Source: a virus
Virus record (IMG/VR): IMGVR_UViG_3300021375_002698
Length of the DNA: 64,000 nt
Strand: one strand, 5' to 3'
Shown here: positions 1 through 10,221 of the stretch, piece after piece
Numbering within the stretch: position 1 is the first letter of the stretch
Layout: every line of letters starts with the position of its first letter
Made by a program: the position numbers and the translations under genes
The notes under the pieces: model-generated
What the model saw: the letters and a program-made list of their open reading frames with translations, nothing else
Database searches by the model: none
Told to the model about the DNA's origin: nothing

Positions 1-2235
1 AAAATCAGCTCTTTTAATGGTTCCTGCGTCTGATATTAATAATTCATCAGTATCAACAACGTCTCCAGTCATTTCAGTTTGTCCTGAAATAACGTTATCA
101 TTTAACATTGATCCTTCTACTGCGTTAGCTGAAATAGTAAGCGCACCTTCATCTGAAGCTGTTGCATCACCACTCATAGCTGAGTAGATATATTTTTTAA
201 CTCTTGTTAATGTAGATTTTCTATTTGTTCCACCTGCACCATCATCAACAACAATTAAGTCTGCATCAACTAAAGCTGCACCAATATCTGTTCCGCCATC
301 AATCTCTAGTGATGATAGAGCAACTTTTCCTGCAGTTGATATAGTATTTAATTTTGAATCTGCAATTGAACCAGATAACATAGCATTTGTGATACCTGCA
401 GCTTTAACTCTTAGCGCATCAGAATTTGTTTCTATAGATGAATCATCAACACCTACAGAAAGCACACCACTTGATGCAGCCAATCCATCTCCAGCTAATC
501 CTGTAGCAACATCATCATTTATCATTGAATCTTGCACAGAGTTAGCAGCAATAGTTAAAGCACCACCAGCTGCTACTGTAGCATCACCACTAATATCGTT
601 ATATATAGCGTCTCTTACAACACTAAAATCAGCTCTTTTAATTGTACCCGCATCTGATATTAATAATTCATCTGTGTCTGCTACATCACCTGTCATTTCA
701 GTTTGTCCTGAAATAACGTTATCATTTAACATTGATCCTTCTACAGCATCAGATGCAATTGTAAGCGCACCTGCTGATGATATTGTAGCATCTCCACTTA
801 GTGTAACGTTATCAAACGAATTTGAACCATCATGAATTAAAATGTGTCCAGCTGAAGGGCTAGATATATTAGTATCTGATAAGCTAGCAAGCGTAGAAGA
901 GCCTGGTGATATTGTTGTCCAATTTAATACGCCAGAACCATTAGTTGTTAGCGCTTGGCCATTAGTTCCTACGCCATCTGGCAACGTTAAAGTAACGTCT
1001 GCAGTAACAGCATCTGGAGCCTTAATAGAAACTGTATTTGAACCATTAGAATCTAATTCACTTAAAACTAAAGATTTAGCATTGTCTAAAACTACGTTGT
1101 TTGTAAATGTTGAAACCCCTGCATTTGAAATTGTAAGTCTATTATTACCACCTCCACCAGTTTCAAAAACTAGAGCACCAGCAGCATCTGTACATGTTAG
1201 ATTATTGTTTCCATTTCTTGAGAAAGTAATCTTTGCACCACCCTGAATTCCGATATTACCATCTGCACCTTGGAATCTAGCAATTTCAGAATCATCGCCT
1301 GTATCGACTACATGTAAAACTTTAGAAGGAGTAGCAGTTCCAATACCAACTCTATTGTTTGTAGAATCTACTTTTAAAACTGAAGCATCTACAGTTAAAT
1401 CACCTGCAAATTCACCAGCACCGAATGCTACGTTACCAGCTGTTCCACTAAACACCTCAGATGAGTTTGTTGCGTCTGGAATAAATGTAAACTTAGAAGT
1501 TGAATCATCATAACCAAAGAAGCCAACTTTAGCTGCAGATCCATTATGCCATCTAAATTCTACACCACGATCTTTATTATCATCACTGCCAGGAGCAGTA
1601 TCACCACCCAAAGTTATGACTGGATCATCTACAGTCTGCGTAGTAGAATTGATAGTTGTTGTTGTTCCGTTAACTGTTAAGTTACCAGTAACTGTTAAGT
1701 TGTCACCGATTGTAACTTCAGAAGTTCCATGTCCAATGTTAATAGCAATTCCACTCGTTTCAGTTGCTATTTTTAAAGCACCAGTTTGATTAGTGATATA
1801 TGAATTTGTACCATCATGATATAAAGTCATATCTAATCCAGCGCCAAACTGGAATTTATCGCTATCTGGAACTATTAAATCACCAGATGAGTTAACTGTT
1901 AACGCTTTGCTTGCTTCTGACGTGCCTAACGTTGTGATATCTAAATAGTTTATCTCAGCTGTAGTTACTGTAGCACCATCTAGTTTATTTAGTTCTGCAG
2001 CATTCGAAGTAACACCTAATGATATCAAAGCATCACTTGGTTGTTCGTGAACAAAGCTTGTCCCGTTGTAAACTAGAAAGTGATTGTTAGCTATCGCAGG
2101 TGACGTTCCAGTTAAGTCTACGTTGCGTAAGTCACCAATGTCTGCTAAAGCTAAAATGCTTTCTGCTAAAACAACCTCGTTACTAACAACTTGAACGTTT
2201 TCGTTTTGTGCATCATCAATTATAAAATTTATCAT
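1..2235 (-). CDS. Long tail fibre-like protein, truncated at the window edge and absent from the ORF track
   Basis: ATG at 2233-2235 reads MINFIIDDAQNENVQVVSNEVVLAESILALADIGDLRNVDL...; Gly/Thr/Ser/Asp-rich beta repeats; N-terminus resembles the neighbouring fibre gene; internal DNA repeat 1-140 vs about 625-765. Confidence 0.8.
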   Translation of the reverse strand, partial: MINFIIDDAQNENVQVVSNEVVLAESILALADIGDLRNVDLTGTSPAIANNHFLVYNGTSFVHEQPSDALISLGVTSNAAELNKLDGATVTTAEINYLDITTLGTSEASKALTVNSSGDLIVPDSDKFQFGAGLDMTLYHDGTNSYITNQTGALKIATETSGIAINIGHGTSEVTIGDNLTVTGNLTVNGTTTTINSTTQTVDDPVITLGGDTAPGSDDNKDRGVEFRWHNGSAAKVGFFGYDDSTSKFTFIPDATNSSEVFSGTAGNVAFGAGEFAGDLTVDASVLKVDSTNNRVGIGTATPSKVLHVVDTGDDSEIARFQGADGNIGIQGGAKITFSRNGNNNLTCTDAAGALVFETGGGGNNRLTISNAGVSTFTNNVVLDNAKSLVLSELDSNGSNTVSIKAPDAVTADVTLTLPDGVGTNGQALTTNGSGVLNWTTISPGSSTLASLSDTNISSPSAGHILIHDGSNSFDNVTLSGDATISSAGALTIASDAVEGSMLNDNVISGQTEMTGDVADTDELLISDAGTIKRADFSVVRDAIYNDISGDATVAAGGALTIAANSVQDSMINDDVATGLAGDGLAASSGVLSVGVDDSSIETNSDALRVKAAGITNAMLSGSIADSKLNTISTAGKVALSSLEIDGGTDIGAALVDADLIVVDDGAGGTNRKSTLTRVKKYIYSAMSGDATASDEGALTISANAVEGSMLNDNVISGQTEMTGDVVDTDELLISDAGTIKRADF

Positions 2236-2263
2236 TTTTTTTGATTTTCCTTTTTAAAATAAA

Positions 2264-4255
2264 TTAGTTAACTTTTTTCCATATATATACGTTTTTCGTA
2301 CTGCCATCAGGCCCTATAAAATTACTATCTTTATAAAGCTCAAAAGTTATTATTCCACCAGAAGTCGATGCCATAAGATCTACACCCGTATAATAATTTT
2401 TATTATCATAGTTGCTTAGAGAGTCTATAGAACCTGATGCGCCGCTTTGAATAAATACAGCATTAGGCTCAGAATTTGAGTATGTCGTGTTACCTGATAA
2501 GCCTGCTTTTGCATCATTAGGATTGGTATATATATATAGTCTATTGAGCTTACTATTCGTGCTTACGTTTGTAAGATTATTTACTTTTATTTGAACTTTA
2601 GATCCTAAAAGAGAAGAGTCTACAGGAGGCATATATAATTTATAGTTTTGTGATGCAGAATTTGCTGTATTAAGCCAAGCAGTAAAATTCATACTCTGTG
2701 ATGTCCAGTTAATATTAGGTGTTGTATTAACATCTGACAATATTAAAGTTGCTGAAGGTGTTGTATTATTTATTGTATAAGTATTAGAACTTGCTGAAGT
2801 TGTATTTATATTCAACATTTGAGTTGCAATATAGTTCTTGACACTTCTTTGTGTAGGTACGTCAACTCCACTATTTGATGTAAAGTCATCTTCATCTAAA
2901 ATAGTTACCCAATCAAGACTTCCATTTGCATCTGTAGTCTTCATTATACGATTAGCAGCATTACCGTCTGTATCAGGTAGAGTTAAATCATAAGAAGCTG
3001 CTAATGCAGGAGATTTCAAGTTAATGGTATCAGTACCACCACTTTCTTGAATTTTAACGCTTTGTTTAGCCAATATATTATCAGCTTCTGCTGTAGAAAA
3101 CGTTGCTGTTCCTGTTACAGTTGGAGAATCTAAAAGTTGTGAAGGTTGTGATATCGCATAATAATAGTTTGATGCACCTTTTTGTTTTATTCCGACAATA
3201 TCTAACCAACCTGCTTTAAAGTCTGCTGCTGATATTTCTAGGCATTCAAATGCTAATCCTGATCCTGAGTTATTACCATTTTGTGAAGCAGTAAAGAATG
3301 TTGTAGTTGCATCATTTGTAGCTCCTAGATTATTCCAACCAGATCCTGATATGATTTTATATGTTTTGCCTTGTACTATATTTGAAAACGTAACTACTCT
3401 ACTAGTAGATGCGTCCCAAAAACTATTGCCAATTACTTCGATATCATCTCCACTTAACTCAGGAGCAATAAAAACTTTACCTGCAATTGATCTTGCTAAT
3501 TTATATCTTATTCCTTTTGTAGGATCCCAATCAAACAAAGAAGTATCATTTAAAGAAGTCGAGCTAGTTAAGTTATTCCAGTCTGGTAAAATTACGTAAA
3601 AATCGTCACTTCCTTGATATTGACTTATTCCGCCTGTTAACATTACGCTTTCATTGTTTTTTGAAAAAGTGAATGGGCTTGTTTTTGATATTGCTTTATA
3701 ATACCAAGTAGTGTATATAGGAGATAAACTTACTTCGCCGAAGTCGTCTGGTAAAGTTATGACTCGATCTGCTGTTGGATCTTCAACTTGAAGTGTAGTT
3801 TCAAAGTTATTAGAAGTTAGACCTTCAAATACAAATTTATAATCTTCAGCAACGTTTAGTTGTTTTGTACTGCTATCTGCTGATAGACCTGTAATTCCTG
3901 AAGATGTAGGTGCTGCCCAAGTGCCATCTGCTCTTAAAAAGTTTGTTGTATTATTTGCATTACTAGCTGTACTTATATCTAATACGTTTAATTCTGCTAA
4001 AGATGCTGTAATTCCTAACGCAGATATTACATCACCACCTACTTTGTTTTCCCATTTAGATGAAGTGTTATTATACACTAACATATGATTTGAAGCTACT
4101 GCATTTAAAGTCACATCACTTAAATGATCAATATCACCTAAGGATAATATGTCTTCTATAGGAACATAATCATTGTTTTTAGATAATGCTTGAGTTTCAT
4201 AAAATAAGCTCTTTGTTTCATTTTTTATTTTTAAATATTTTTGTAATATTGACAT
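2264..4255 (-). CDS. Tail fibre / receptor-binding protein
   Basis: 663 aa; fibre motifs LSDVTL..LVYN...KWEN, FLRADGTWA, PTADRVITLPD, VPTQRSVKNY. Confidence 0.75.
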   Translation of the reverse strand: MSILQKYLKIKNETKSLFYETQALSKNNDYVPIEDILSLGDIDHLSDVTLNAVASNHMLVYNNTSSKWENKVGGDVISALGITASLAELNVLDISTASNANNTTNFLRADGTWAAPTSSGITGLSADSSTKQLNVAEDYKFVFEGLTSNNFETTLQVEDPTADRVITLPDDFGEVSLSPIYTTWYYKAISKTSPFTFSKNNESVMLTGGISQYQGSDDFYVILPDWNNLTSSTSLNDTSLFDWDPTKGIRYKLARSIAGKVFIAPELSGDDIEVIGNSFWDASTSRVVTFSNIVQGKTYKIISGSGWNNLGATNDATTTFFTASQNGNNSGSGLAFECLEISAADFKAGWLDIVGIKQKGASNYYYAISQPSQLLDSPTVTGTATFSTAEADNILAKQSVKIQESGGTDTINLKSPALAASYDLTLPDTDGNAANRIMKTTDANGSLDWVTILDEDDFTSNSGVDVPTQRSVKNYIATQMLNINTTSASSNTYTINNTTPSATLILSDVNTTPNINWTSQSMNFTAWLNTANSASQNYKLYMPPVDSSLLGSKVQIKVNNLTNVSTNSKLNRLYIYTNPNDAKAGLSGNTTYSNSEPNAVFIQSGASGSIDSLSNYDNKNYYTGVDLMASTSGGIITFELYKDSNFIGPDGSTKNVYIWKKVN

Positions 4256-4273
4256 ATTTTTTTCCTAAATTTA

Positions 4274-6868
4274 TTATAGTTTATATGAATCGAAATAGTA
4301 ATGATAGCCTGCTATAGAGCCAGAGCCAGAAGAGTACATAAATTCACCTTGCTTTAAATAAAACTTAAATTTATCATTTTGACTTTCTTCAACAAAATTA
4401 CCAGAATTAGATTTTAAGCTTATATTCTGATTAGTTTCACATATATTGTTTCCAAATAGTCCATGATGTCTTCCACTATTATCATAAGTTTGACTATAAC
4501 AATGCAAGTCAAGAATCTTGTCTGAACTGTAGATTTGTTCTTTTGTAAAATTACTCTTATTAGCAATTCCAAATCCTACGTAACCCGTTGTTGAACTTGT
4601 AAATTGAGAAAATCCACAGCTTGAGTGTGATTTAAATCTAATTTCAGGTCTTTTTCCATTACCATTATATTCATTTGTAGGACCTGTAATTCCTGAAGAA
4701 TCAATATTAATTGTAAAACTTTCAAATAATTTAATAAAAGTAGTTTGTAAAAGCTCATTACTTGAGTCTATTTTTGCAAGTGGAGGTAATACTATATCGA
4801 TATGTGTCGACATTGGCCAGTTGCCAGAAAGATTTATCTTTATTACTTTGTTAATATACTCTGGATAAGCCTTAGTTAAATTAATAGTGTTTGAAGAAGA
4901 AGTTAAATTAAAAGTTTCTGCAACTTCACTGTCTATGTCTGAAGTCCTTATTATTTGATTTGATTTTGCTTCTTGATCAACATAATTTTTTACGCTTAAT
5001 TGTGACGGTACTGTTATGTCATCTGAGCTAGTCCATTCTGAATTGTCAGTAGTTGAAGGATCTACATTTATTACTGTAACATTCGCTTCTTGGGCACCAC
5101 TAGATGTATCTGTTGATAGATAGCCTAAAAGTCTATTTCTAGATATTGTTGCCAACTTACTAGTAGTAATGCCATTATCTTTTACTCTTAACTTACCATC
5201 ACCACCACTACCTGTGTTTGTCTCAATTGTTGAATCATCAACCATATCTGATAATAAATCACCAACTGTAGTTGACTTTGTTACGTTACCAGTATCAGAC
5301 TCATCTTTTATTGCTAATACGTCGTCTTTAGCAACTGTATTAATGTCAGATAAATTATTATCTATATCAAGTTTAAAAGCGCTACCAACTAAACTTATAC
5401 CATCACCAGCTCCAAATGATCCAGCACTTGAAAAAGATGACCAAATAATGCTGTGAGTTCCTACAGTATCACTACCATCTGGAGATATACATACAAAACC
5501 TTTTTTACCGTTTGTATCACCAGAAGCTACAAATACAAATACACCTGATGCTGTAGATAAACCATTGTTAAAGTCGCTTGTTCTTGTTAAAACAAAATCA
5601 GTAGATCCATTTCCTAACGTTGTTATTTCATAAATACCGTTTTGAGTTTGAGTTGATTGATCTTTTACCAAAATTCTATCACCCACAGCAAAAGCAGGAC
5701 TAACGTTTGAATCTACAGTAAATGCTCCATCTGATAAAGCTGTCAATGTTGTATTTGTTGCAGTTACTGCTAAATTTTGTGTTGTAGCAGCTTTTACTTC
5801 TTGAAAAGGTTGTAAACCAGATGCAACTGAGTCTACGTAACTTTTTGTTGCAGCATCTGTGTTTGCTATAGGATCTGCAAGATTTGTTACTTTAGCACTT
5901 GATACATTAATGTTACCCGTACCATTTGGATCCAAAATAATATGACCATCAGTATTTGTAGATGAAATTGTATTACCGTCTATTGTAATATTGTCAACAA
6001 CTAAACTGCCTAAGCCAGCAATATCTGACACAGTAGAGCCTAAAGATATAGCTGTGCTACCTATAGTGATTGATGAATTTGTCAATTTACTGTTGTCAAT
6101 CGATCCAGCAAGCATGCTGCTATCTACAGCTCCAGATGCAATAGTTAAAGCACCACCTGCTGCAATAGAAGCATCACCAGTTACACCTGCAAATATTGCG
6201 TCTTGAAGATTAGAAAAAGTAATTTTCTTTTCAGTCCCACCATTAGAAAATATAAAATGATCATCATCTTGATGTAAACCAGTTCCATCTAAAGCATTAT
6301 ATCCATCAATATTTAGTGTTGCGTCTAGTCCAGAAACAAAGTTAGCTTTAGTAATTTTTCTTAGCGCTGAAGCTGACGTGTCGTAAACTAAAACTAAGTC
6401 ACTATCTGCAATTGCATCTTCAACATCAGTTTGACCTGTTATGACGTTTGCATTTACCATTGCTGTTTTAATAGAATCGTCTGATATAGTTAAAATGCCA
6501 GCTGAAGAAATTGTAGCATCACCACTTAAAGCAACATTTTTTAACACAGTTGAATCATCTGAACTGTAAACTAAAATATGACCTGTTGAAGGATTTGTTA
6601 CTGTTGCATCTGTAAGATCATTTAATGAAAGTGGACCACCACCGCCAGAAGCTGTAGATGCTATTGTGTAGTTTTTATTATCAGCGCTATATGTAATTGT
6701 AATATTATCGCCTGCTACTAATAGCTCGTTATCTGATATGTTTTTTAATTCATCTGTAAGTAATTTGTCAAAATTACCGTTAGTAAAATATGCATTTGCC
6801 CATTTTCTTGAAGAAACGCCTAGGCTTCCTTCATTGTTTACTCTTGGGACTAGATTTTTAGTTGCCAT
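4274..6868 (-). CDS. Tail fibre protein
   Basis: 864 aa; DAATKSYVD and VKAATT..GDRILVKDQ..QNGIY..LTR..DF motifs typical of phage fibre proteins. Confidence 0.8.
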   Translation of the reverse strand: MATKNLVPRVNNEGSLGVSSRKWANAYFTNGNFDKLLTDELKNISDNELLVAGDNITITYSADNKNYTIASTASGGGGPLSLNDLTDATVTNPSTGHILVYSSDDSTVLKNVALSGDATISSAGILTISDDSIKTAMVNANVITGQTDVEDAIADSDLVLVYDTSASALRKITKANFVSGLDATLNIDGYNALDGTGLHQDDDHFIFSNGGTEKKITFSNLQDAIFAGVTGDASIAAGGALTIASGAVDSSMLAGSIDNSKLTNSSITIGSTAISLGSTVSDIAGLGSLVVDNITIDGNTISSTNTDGHIILDPNGTGNINVSSAKVTNLADPIANTDAATKSYVDSVASGLQPFQEVKAATTQNLAVTATNTTLTALSDGAFTVDSNVSPAFAVGDRILVKDQSTQTQNGIYEITTLGNGSTDFVLTRTSDFNNGLSTASGVFVFVASGDTNGKKGFVCISPDGSDTVGTHSIIWSSFSSAGSFGAGDGISLVGSAFKLDIDNNLSDINTVAKDDVLAIKDESDTGNVTKSTTVGDLLSDMVDDSTIETNTGSGGDGKLRVKDNGITTSKLATISRNRLLGYLSTDTSSGAQEANVTVINVDPSTTDNSEWTSSDDITVPSQLSVKNYVDQEAKSNQIIRTSDIDSEVAETFNLTSSSNTINLTKAYPEYINKVIKINLSGNWPMSTHIDIVLPPLAKIDSSNELLQTTFIKLFESFTINIDSSGITGPTNEYNGNGKRPEIRFKSHSSCGFSQFTSSTTGYVGFGIANKSNFTKEQIYSSDKILDLHCYSQTYDNSGRHHGLFGNNICETNQNISLKSNSGNFVEESQNDKFKFYLKQGEFMYSSGSGSIAGYHYYFDSYKL

Positions 6869-6959
6869 CTAATTAATCTCCTAATATTCTTTTATAATTA
6901 TTTATCATAGTTTGTTTATATTAACTATTAATAAAATAATTTATTTAATTCTTTTATCA

Positions 6960-7526
6960 CTAAGCTTTAGGAACTATATGATCATAACCAGACAACGTTG
7001 TATCAACTTCAAAAAACTTATCTAATACACAATCTTTATTTGACAAAGTATATCTTGAAAAATCTTCAGCACTTGTTATAGCATCTAAAGTTGAGTTATA
7101 CTCATTAAATTTTAGTTTTCCAAAATCCATAGCAAATAGTCCAGTATCACCGTCAATTATATTTGTAGGTATAAGATTATTTACATCAGCAGGATCAACT
7201 TCCCACATGCTAGAAGCATTACCTTCTGCATATAAACTACCACTAATAACTACATCACCACCAAATACAGTAACAGTATTAGCAGTACCAGCTTTTTTAG
7301 ACCCAGGAATACCATCGATATAAATAAACGTATCTAAACCTACATTTGCTAGTCTACTTGTAAGTCCAGTAGAAAAACCACCAACACTATCTGTAGCGTT
7401 TGCAATTTCTGATCCTCCAGAGCCTATTTTATCTGGATATACAATTAATTTAGGCTCAGACTCTGTAGGATTATTACCTATTATTTTTCCAGTTCTTGCC
7501 TGTTTTGTTAAAAAATCCCTAGCCAT
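6960..7526 (-). CDS. Putative virion structural protein
   Basis: ORF in fibre operon; VFGGDVVISGSL beta motif; start placed at MARDFL. Confidence 0.55.
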   Translation of the reverse strand: MARDFLTKQARTGKIIGNNPTESEPKLIVYPDKIGSGGSEIANATDSVGGFSTGLTSRLANVGLDTFIYIDGIPGSKKAGTANTVTVFGGDVVISGSLYAEGNASSMWEVDPADVNNLIPTNIIDGDTGLFAMDFGKLKFNEYNSTLDAITSAEDFSRYTLSNKDCVLDKFFEVDTTLSGYDHIVPKA

Positions 7527-7537
7527 TATCAAGTCTC

Positions 7538-7759
7538 CTAAGATGTTTGTTGTATAGCAACATAATTTATTTCTAAACTACTTTCTAGTGGATTACTTAC
7601 ATAAACTGTAATGTAAGTCGTCGTTACATCTAATAAATATACGTTAACATCTTCTTTACAACTTATATTAACCACAGGAGTTGAGTCAAAAATCTCAGAG
7701 AAGTTAATCTGTATACTTTCTTGATTAGCATTTAATGTTGCTTTGCCTTTTTGAATCAC
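7538..7759 (-). CDS. Small beta-sandwich (H-type lectin-like) tail-associated protein
   Basis: INFSEIFDSTPVV...VTTTYITV pattern; similar to the next ORF. Confidence 0.5.
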   Translation of the reverse strand: MIQKGKATLNANQESIQINFSEIFDSTPVVNISCKEDVNVYLLDVTTTYITVYVSNPLESSLEINYVAIQQTS

Positions 7760-7764
7760 GTTAA

Positions 7765-8088
7765 TTAGCTTTCGTCATTTGGATAAATATGCACATGAAC
7801 TTTACCTGTAAAAGGTGCTGAAGATCCTACTGTTACAGATATTGTAGTCAAACTAGTTATAAATACATTAACGTTTTCATCTTCAGGAGATATAACACAT
7901 ACAGGTATTGAAGTATAAAAAGCAGGATCTTTAAAAGTATATATGCCAGTTTCAGCATTGTTAAAGTTAATTGTTGCAACTTCAACAGTGCTTGCTCCTC
8001 CTGCAGCAATCTTTCCGTATACAGGTGCTCTTCTAAGAAGTGGATAAGTATATCTTACTCTGTTGGCATCTATTCTAGTTGTAGGCAT
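7765..8088 (-). CDS. Small beta-sandwich tail-associated protein, paralog of 7538-7759
   Basis: FYTSIPVCVISPEDENVNVFITSLTT aligns with FDSTPVVNISCKEDVNVYLLDVTT. Confidence 0.5.
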   Translation of the reverse strand: MPTTRIDANRVRYTYPLLRRAPVYGKIAAGGASTVEVATINFNNAETGIYTFKDPAFYTSIPVCVISPEDENVNVFITSLTTISVTVGSSAPFTGKVHVHIYPNDES

Positions 8089-8102
8089 TTAGTACTCCTT
8101 AT

Positions 8103-9446
8103 TTATAATTTATTAGCAACTATATTTGCTAATTCTGATCTGTAACCTTTTGTAAAGTTAATATGACCTGTTACTTTCTCTTCTTTTAACTTTTCTATAA
8201 CTATTGTTAAACCATTACTGAATTTGTTTACATAAGCTAAATCAACTTGATCTATATCACCTAGTAATACAACTTTTGAATTTTTACCAGTTCTTGTAAT
8301 AACTGTTTTTAATTCATGCACTGTTGCATTTTGTGCTTCATCAACAATAATAATAGAGTCATTAAAACTTCTACCTCTTATATATGACAGAGGAGCAACA
8401 TCTATTTGACCTTTTTCCATCATTAAATCAAAATACATTAGGTCTCCAAACTGATTTCTAAAGTTGTCTACTATAGGCGCAAGCCAAGGAGACATTTTTT
8501 CGTTTAAAGTTCCAGGCAAGTATCCCATATCTTTACCCACAGTCTGTATGGGCCTTGTAAATATTATTCTCTTTTTTTCTTCTTTTTCTATTGACTTTAA
8601 AGCTGTCATTAGAGCAAGATAAGTTTTACCACTTCCAGGCATGCCTGTAAGCGTGACTAAAGGAATATCTTCGTCTAGTAACAACTCTAGAGCAAATATC
8701 TGTTCTTTATTTTTAGCTTCTACGCTAGACATTCGATACAGATCTTGTTTTGATTCAAGTATTACAAGATTTGTATCTTTTCTTTTCATAAGACATGACT
8801 GATTACTTCCATTGTCTGACTTAAGTACAACAAATTCGTTCTCAACTATTTCAATTTCATTAAAAACTTCTTCTGTTAACTTCAAGTGATTACCTGAGTA
8901 TGCTTTGTTTATTATGTCTGAATCTACTGTTAACGCTTTAAACCCGGGATATAAACTATCTGACTTTATAAATTTGTAGTCTGCGTTATAATCATCTGAT
9001 CTTATACCAACAGCATCACATTTAACTCTTAAGTTTATATCTTTAGTTATTAGAGCTACGTGATTGTATTCTGTATTTTTTTTAACAATACTATTTACTG
9101 TTGCGATTATTATATTGTCATTGTACTTTAAATCAAGCCCGTCAAGACCTTCCCAGTTAACTTCTGACAATACTTTGATGTTTATATCATTCTCTTCATG
9201 ATATACTCCCTCGTGTAAACTTCCTAACTTTCTTAAGTCATCTAGAAATCTATTTATAAATCTAGCATATTCTCCCAATATTCCTTCTCTTGACTTAAAT
9301 TTGTCTATTTCTTCTAAAACAACAAGTGGGATTATTATATCATTCCCACTTAAGTTAAATAATGCACTTTTATCATAAAGTAAAACACTCGTATCAATAA
9401 CAAACAATTTTCTTTTATCACTTTTACTCAGCAAAGAGTTAAACAT
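8103..9446 (-). CDS. phoH: PIN-domain PhoH-family ATPase
   Basis: PIN motif VIDTSVLL..VLEEID; Walker A GMPGSGKT; GYLPG, RGRSF, IVDEAQN, GDIDQVD; start moved to MFNSLL behind a GAAAGG RBS. Confidence 0.93.
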   Translation of the reverse strand: MFNSLLSKSDKRKLFVIDTSVLLYDKSALFNLSGNDIIIPLVVLEEIDKFKSREGILGEYARFINRFLDDLRKLGSLHEGVYHEENDINIKVLSEVNWEGLDGLDLKYNDNIIIATVNSIVKKNTEYNHVALITKDINLRVKCDAVGIRSDDYNADYKFIKSDSLYPGFKALTVDSDIINKAYSGNHLKLTEEVFNEIEIVENEFVVLKSDNGSNQSCLMKRKDTNLVILESKQDLYRMSSVEAKNKEQIFALELLLDEDIPLVTLTGMPGSGKTYLALMTALKSIEKEEKKRIIFTRPIQTVGKDMGYLPGTLNEKMSPWLAPIVDNFRNQFGDLMYFDLMMEKGQIDVAPLSYIRGRSFNDSIIIVDEAQNATVHELKTVITRTGKNSKVVLLGDIDQVDLAYVNKFSNGLTIVIEKLKEEKVTGHINFTKGYRSELANIVANKL

Positions 9447-9510
9447 TGTAAAACCTTTCAATTTGTAATACAATAGTAAATATAAGTTAAAATTGAAAGG
9501 TTTTACAATG
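9444..9510. repeat. Perfect 21-bp inverted repeat carrying the RBS and ATG of two divergent genes
   Basis: CATTGTAAAACCTTTCAATTT (9444-9464) and AAATTGAAAGGTTTTACAATG (9490-9510), 25-bp spacer. Confidence 0.95.
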
Positions 9511-9762
9511 CCCAATAAAGAAATGGAAAGTTATACTTGTTTTAAAGTTCATGAATTATTAAACAAGTCTTGTGCTAATATTAAATGTAGATATTGGCAC
9601 GATTCTTGTAGTAGCAACAACTGCATAATAAACAAATCAAATGGTAATTCGCATACTTTACAGGAAATAGGCGATTTATTTGACATAACAAGAATGAGAG
9701 TATGTCAAATTGAAAAAAATTCTATAAAAAAAATAAGAAAAAAATATTTAACTCTTTCCTAA
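9508..9762 (+). CDS. Stand-alone sigma70 region-4 HTH protein with Cys-rich N-terminus
   Basis: HTLQEIGDLFDITRMRVCQIEKNSIKKIR matches sigma70 r4.2 (TLEEVG..F.VTRERIRQIE..AL.KLR). Confidence 0.85.
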   Translation: MPNKEMESYTCFKVHELLNKSCANIKCRYWHDSCSSNNCIINKSNGNSHTLQEIGDLFDITRMRVCQIEKNSIKKIRKKYLTLS

Positions 9763-9975
9763 TGTAAATTTTACAAAATCTCCAGACTTTGTCTTTAAAA
9801 GTCTCAGAGCCTTTCTAAGTCTTACTCCTGCTGCTCTATTTCCTCTATACGCTTTTAAAACATCTGATTCTAAAGAATCAGTTAGTATCTTAATCTCGTT
9901 ATATAATGTTTCATGTGTAACTTCTACTGTTTCTTCTCCAGCTGTTAATTCATTAATTACTGTTTCTTCTGTCAT
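9748..9975 (-). CDS. Histone H1-like (Hc1-family) nucleoid protein
   Basis: GNRAAGVRLRKALRLLK matches the Hc1 signature GNKAAG.R.RK. Confidence 0.7.
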   Translation of the reverse strand: MTEETVINELTAGEETVEVTHETLYNEIKILTDSLESDVLKAYRGNRAAGVRLRKALRLLKTKSGDFVKFTLGKS

Positions 9976-9996
9976 AATCTATCTCTACCTTTCTTT

Positions 9997-10221
9997 TTAT
10001 AAAATTATATCATGCTTTTCTTCTTTGTTAAAAAAAGTTTCATTTCTTAACAATTCTTGAATTTTTTTCATCTTATCAATATCTTCAAGCTCTAATGATA
10101 ACATGTCAATTATCTTTAATATCTCATTGTTATTAACACCAAATTTCATTATTTCATCTTTTATATTTCTACACTTTTCTATAGAATGTAAATCTTCTGG
10201 AATGTTAGGGTTTAAACTCAT
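9997..10221 (-). CDS. Hypothetical protein
   Basis: ORF in a co-directional operon. Confidence 0.6.
   Translation of the reverse strand: MSLNPNIPEDLHSIEKCRNIKDEIMKFGVNNNEILKIIDMLSLELEDIDKMKKIQELLRNETFFNKEEKHDIIL

Noticed and set aside
389-6206. Plus-strand ORFs 389-835, 842-1246, 3351-3599, 5169-5456 and 5991-6206
   Set aside because: Antisense shadows of the minus-strand tail-fibre genes; no RBS or recognisable motifs. The same applies to 19093, 24794, 31231, 38198 and similar overlapping ORFs.
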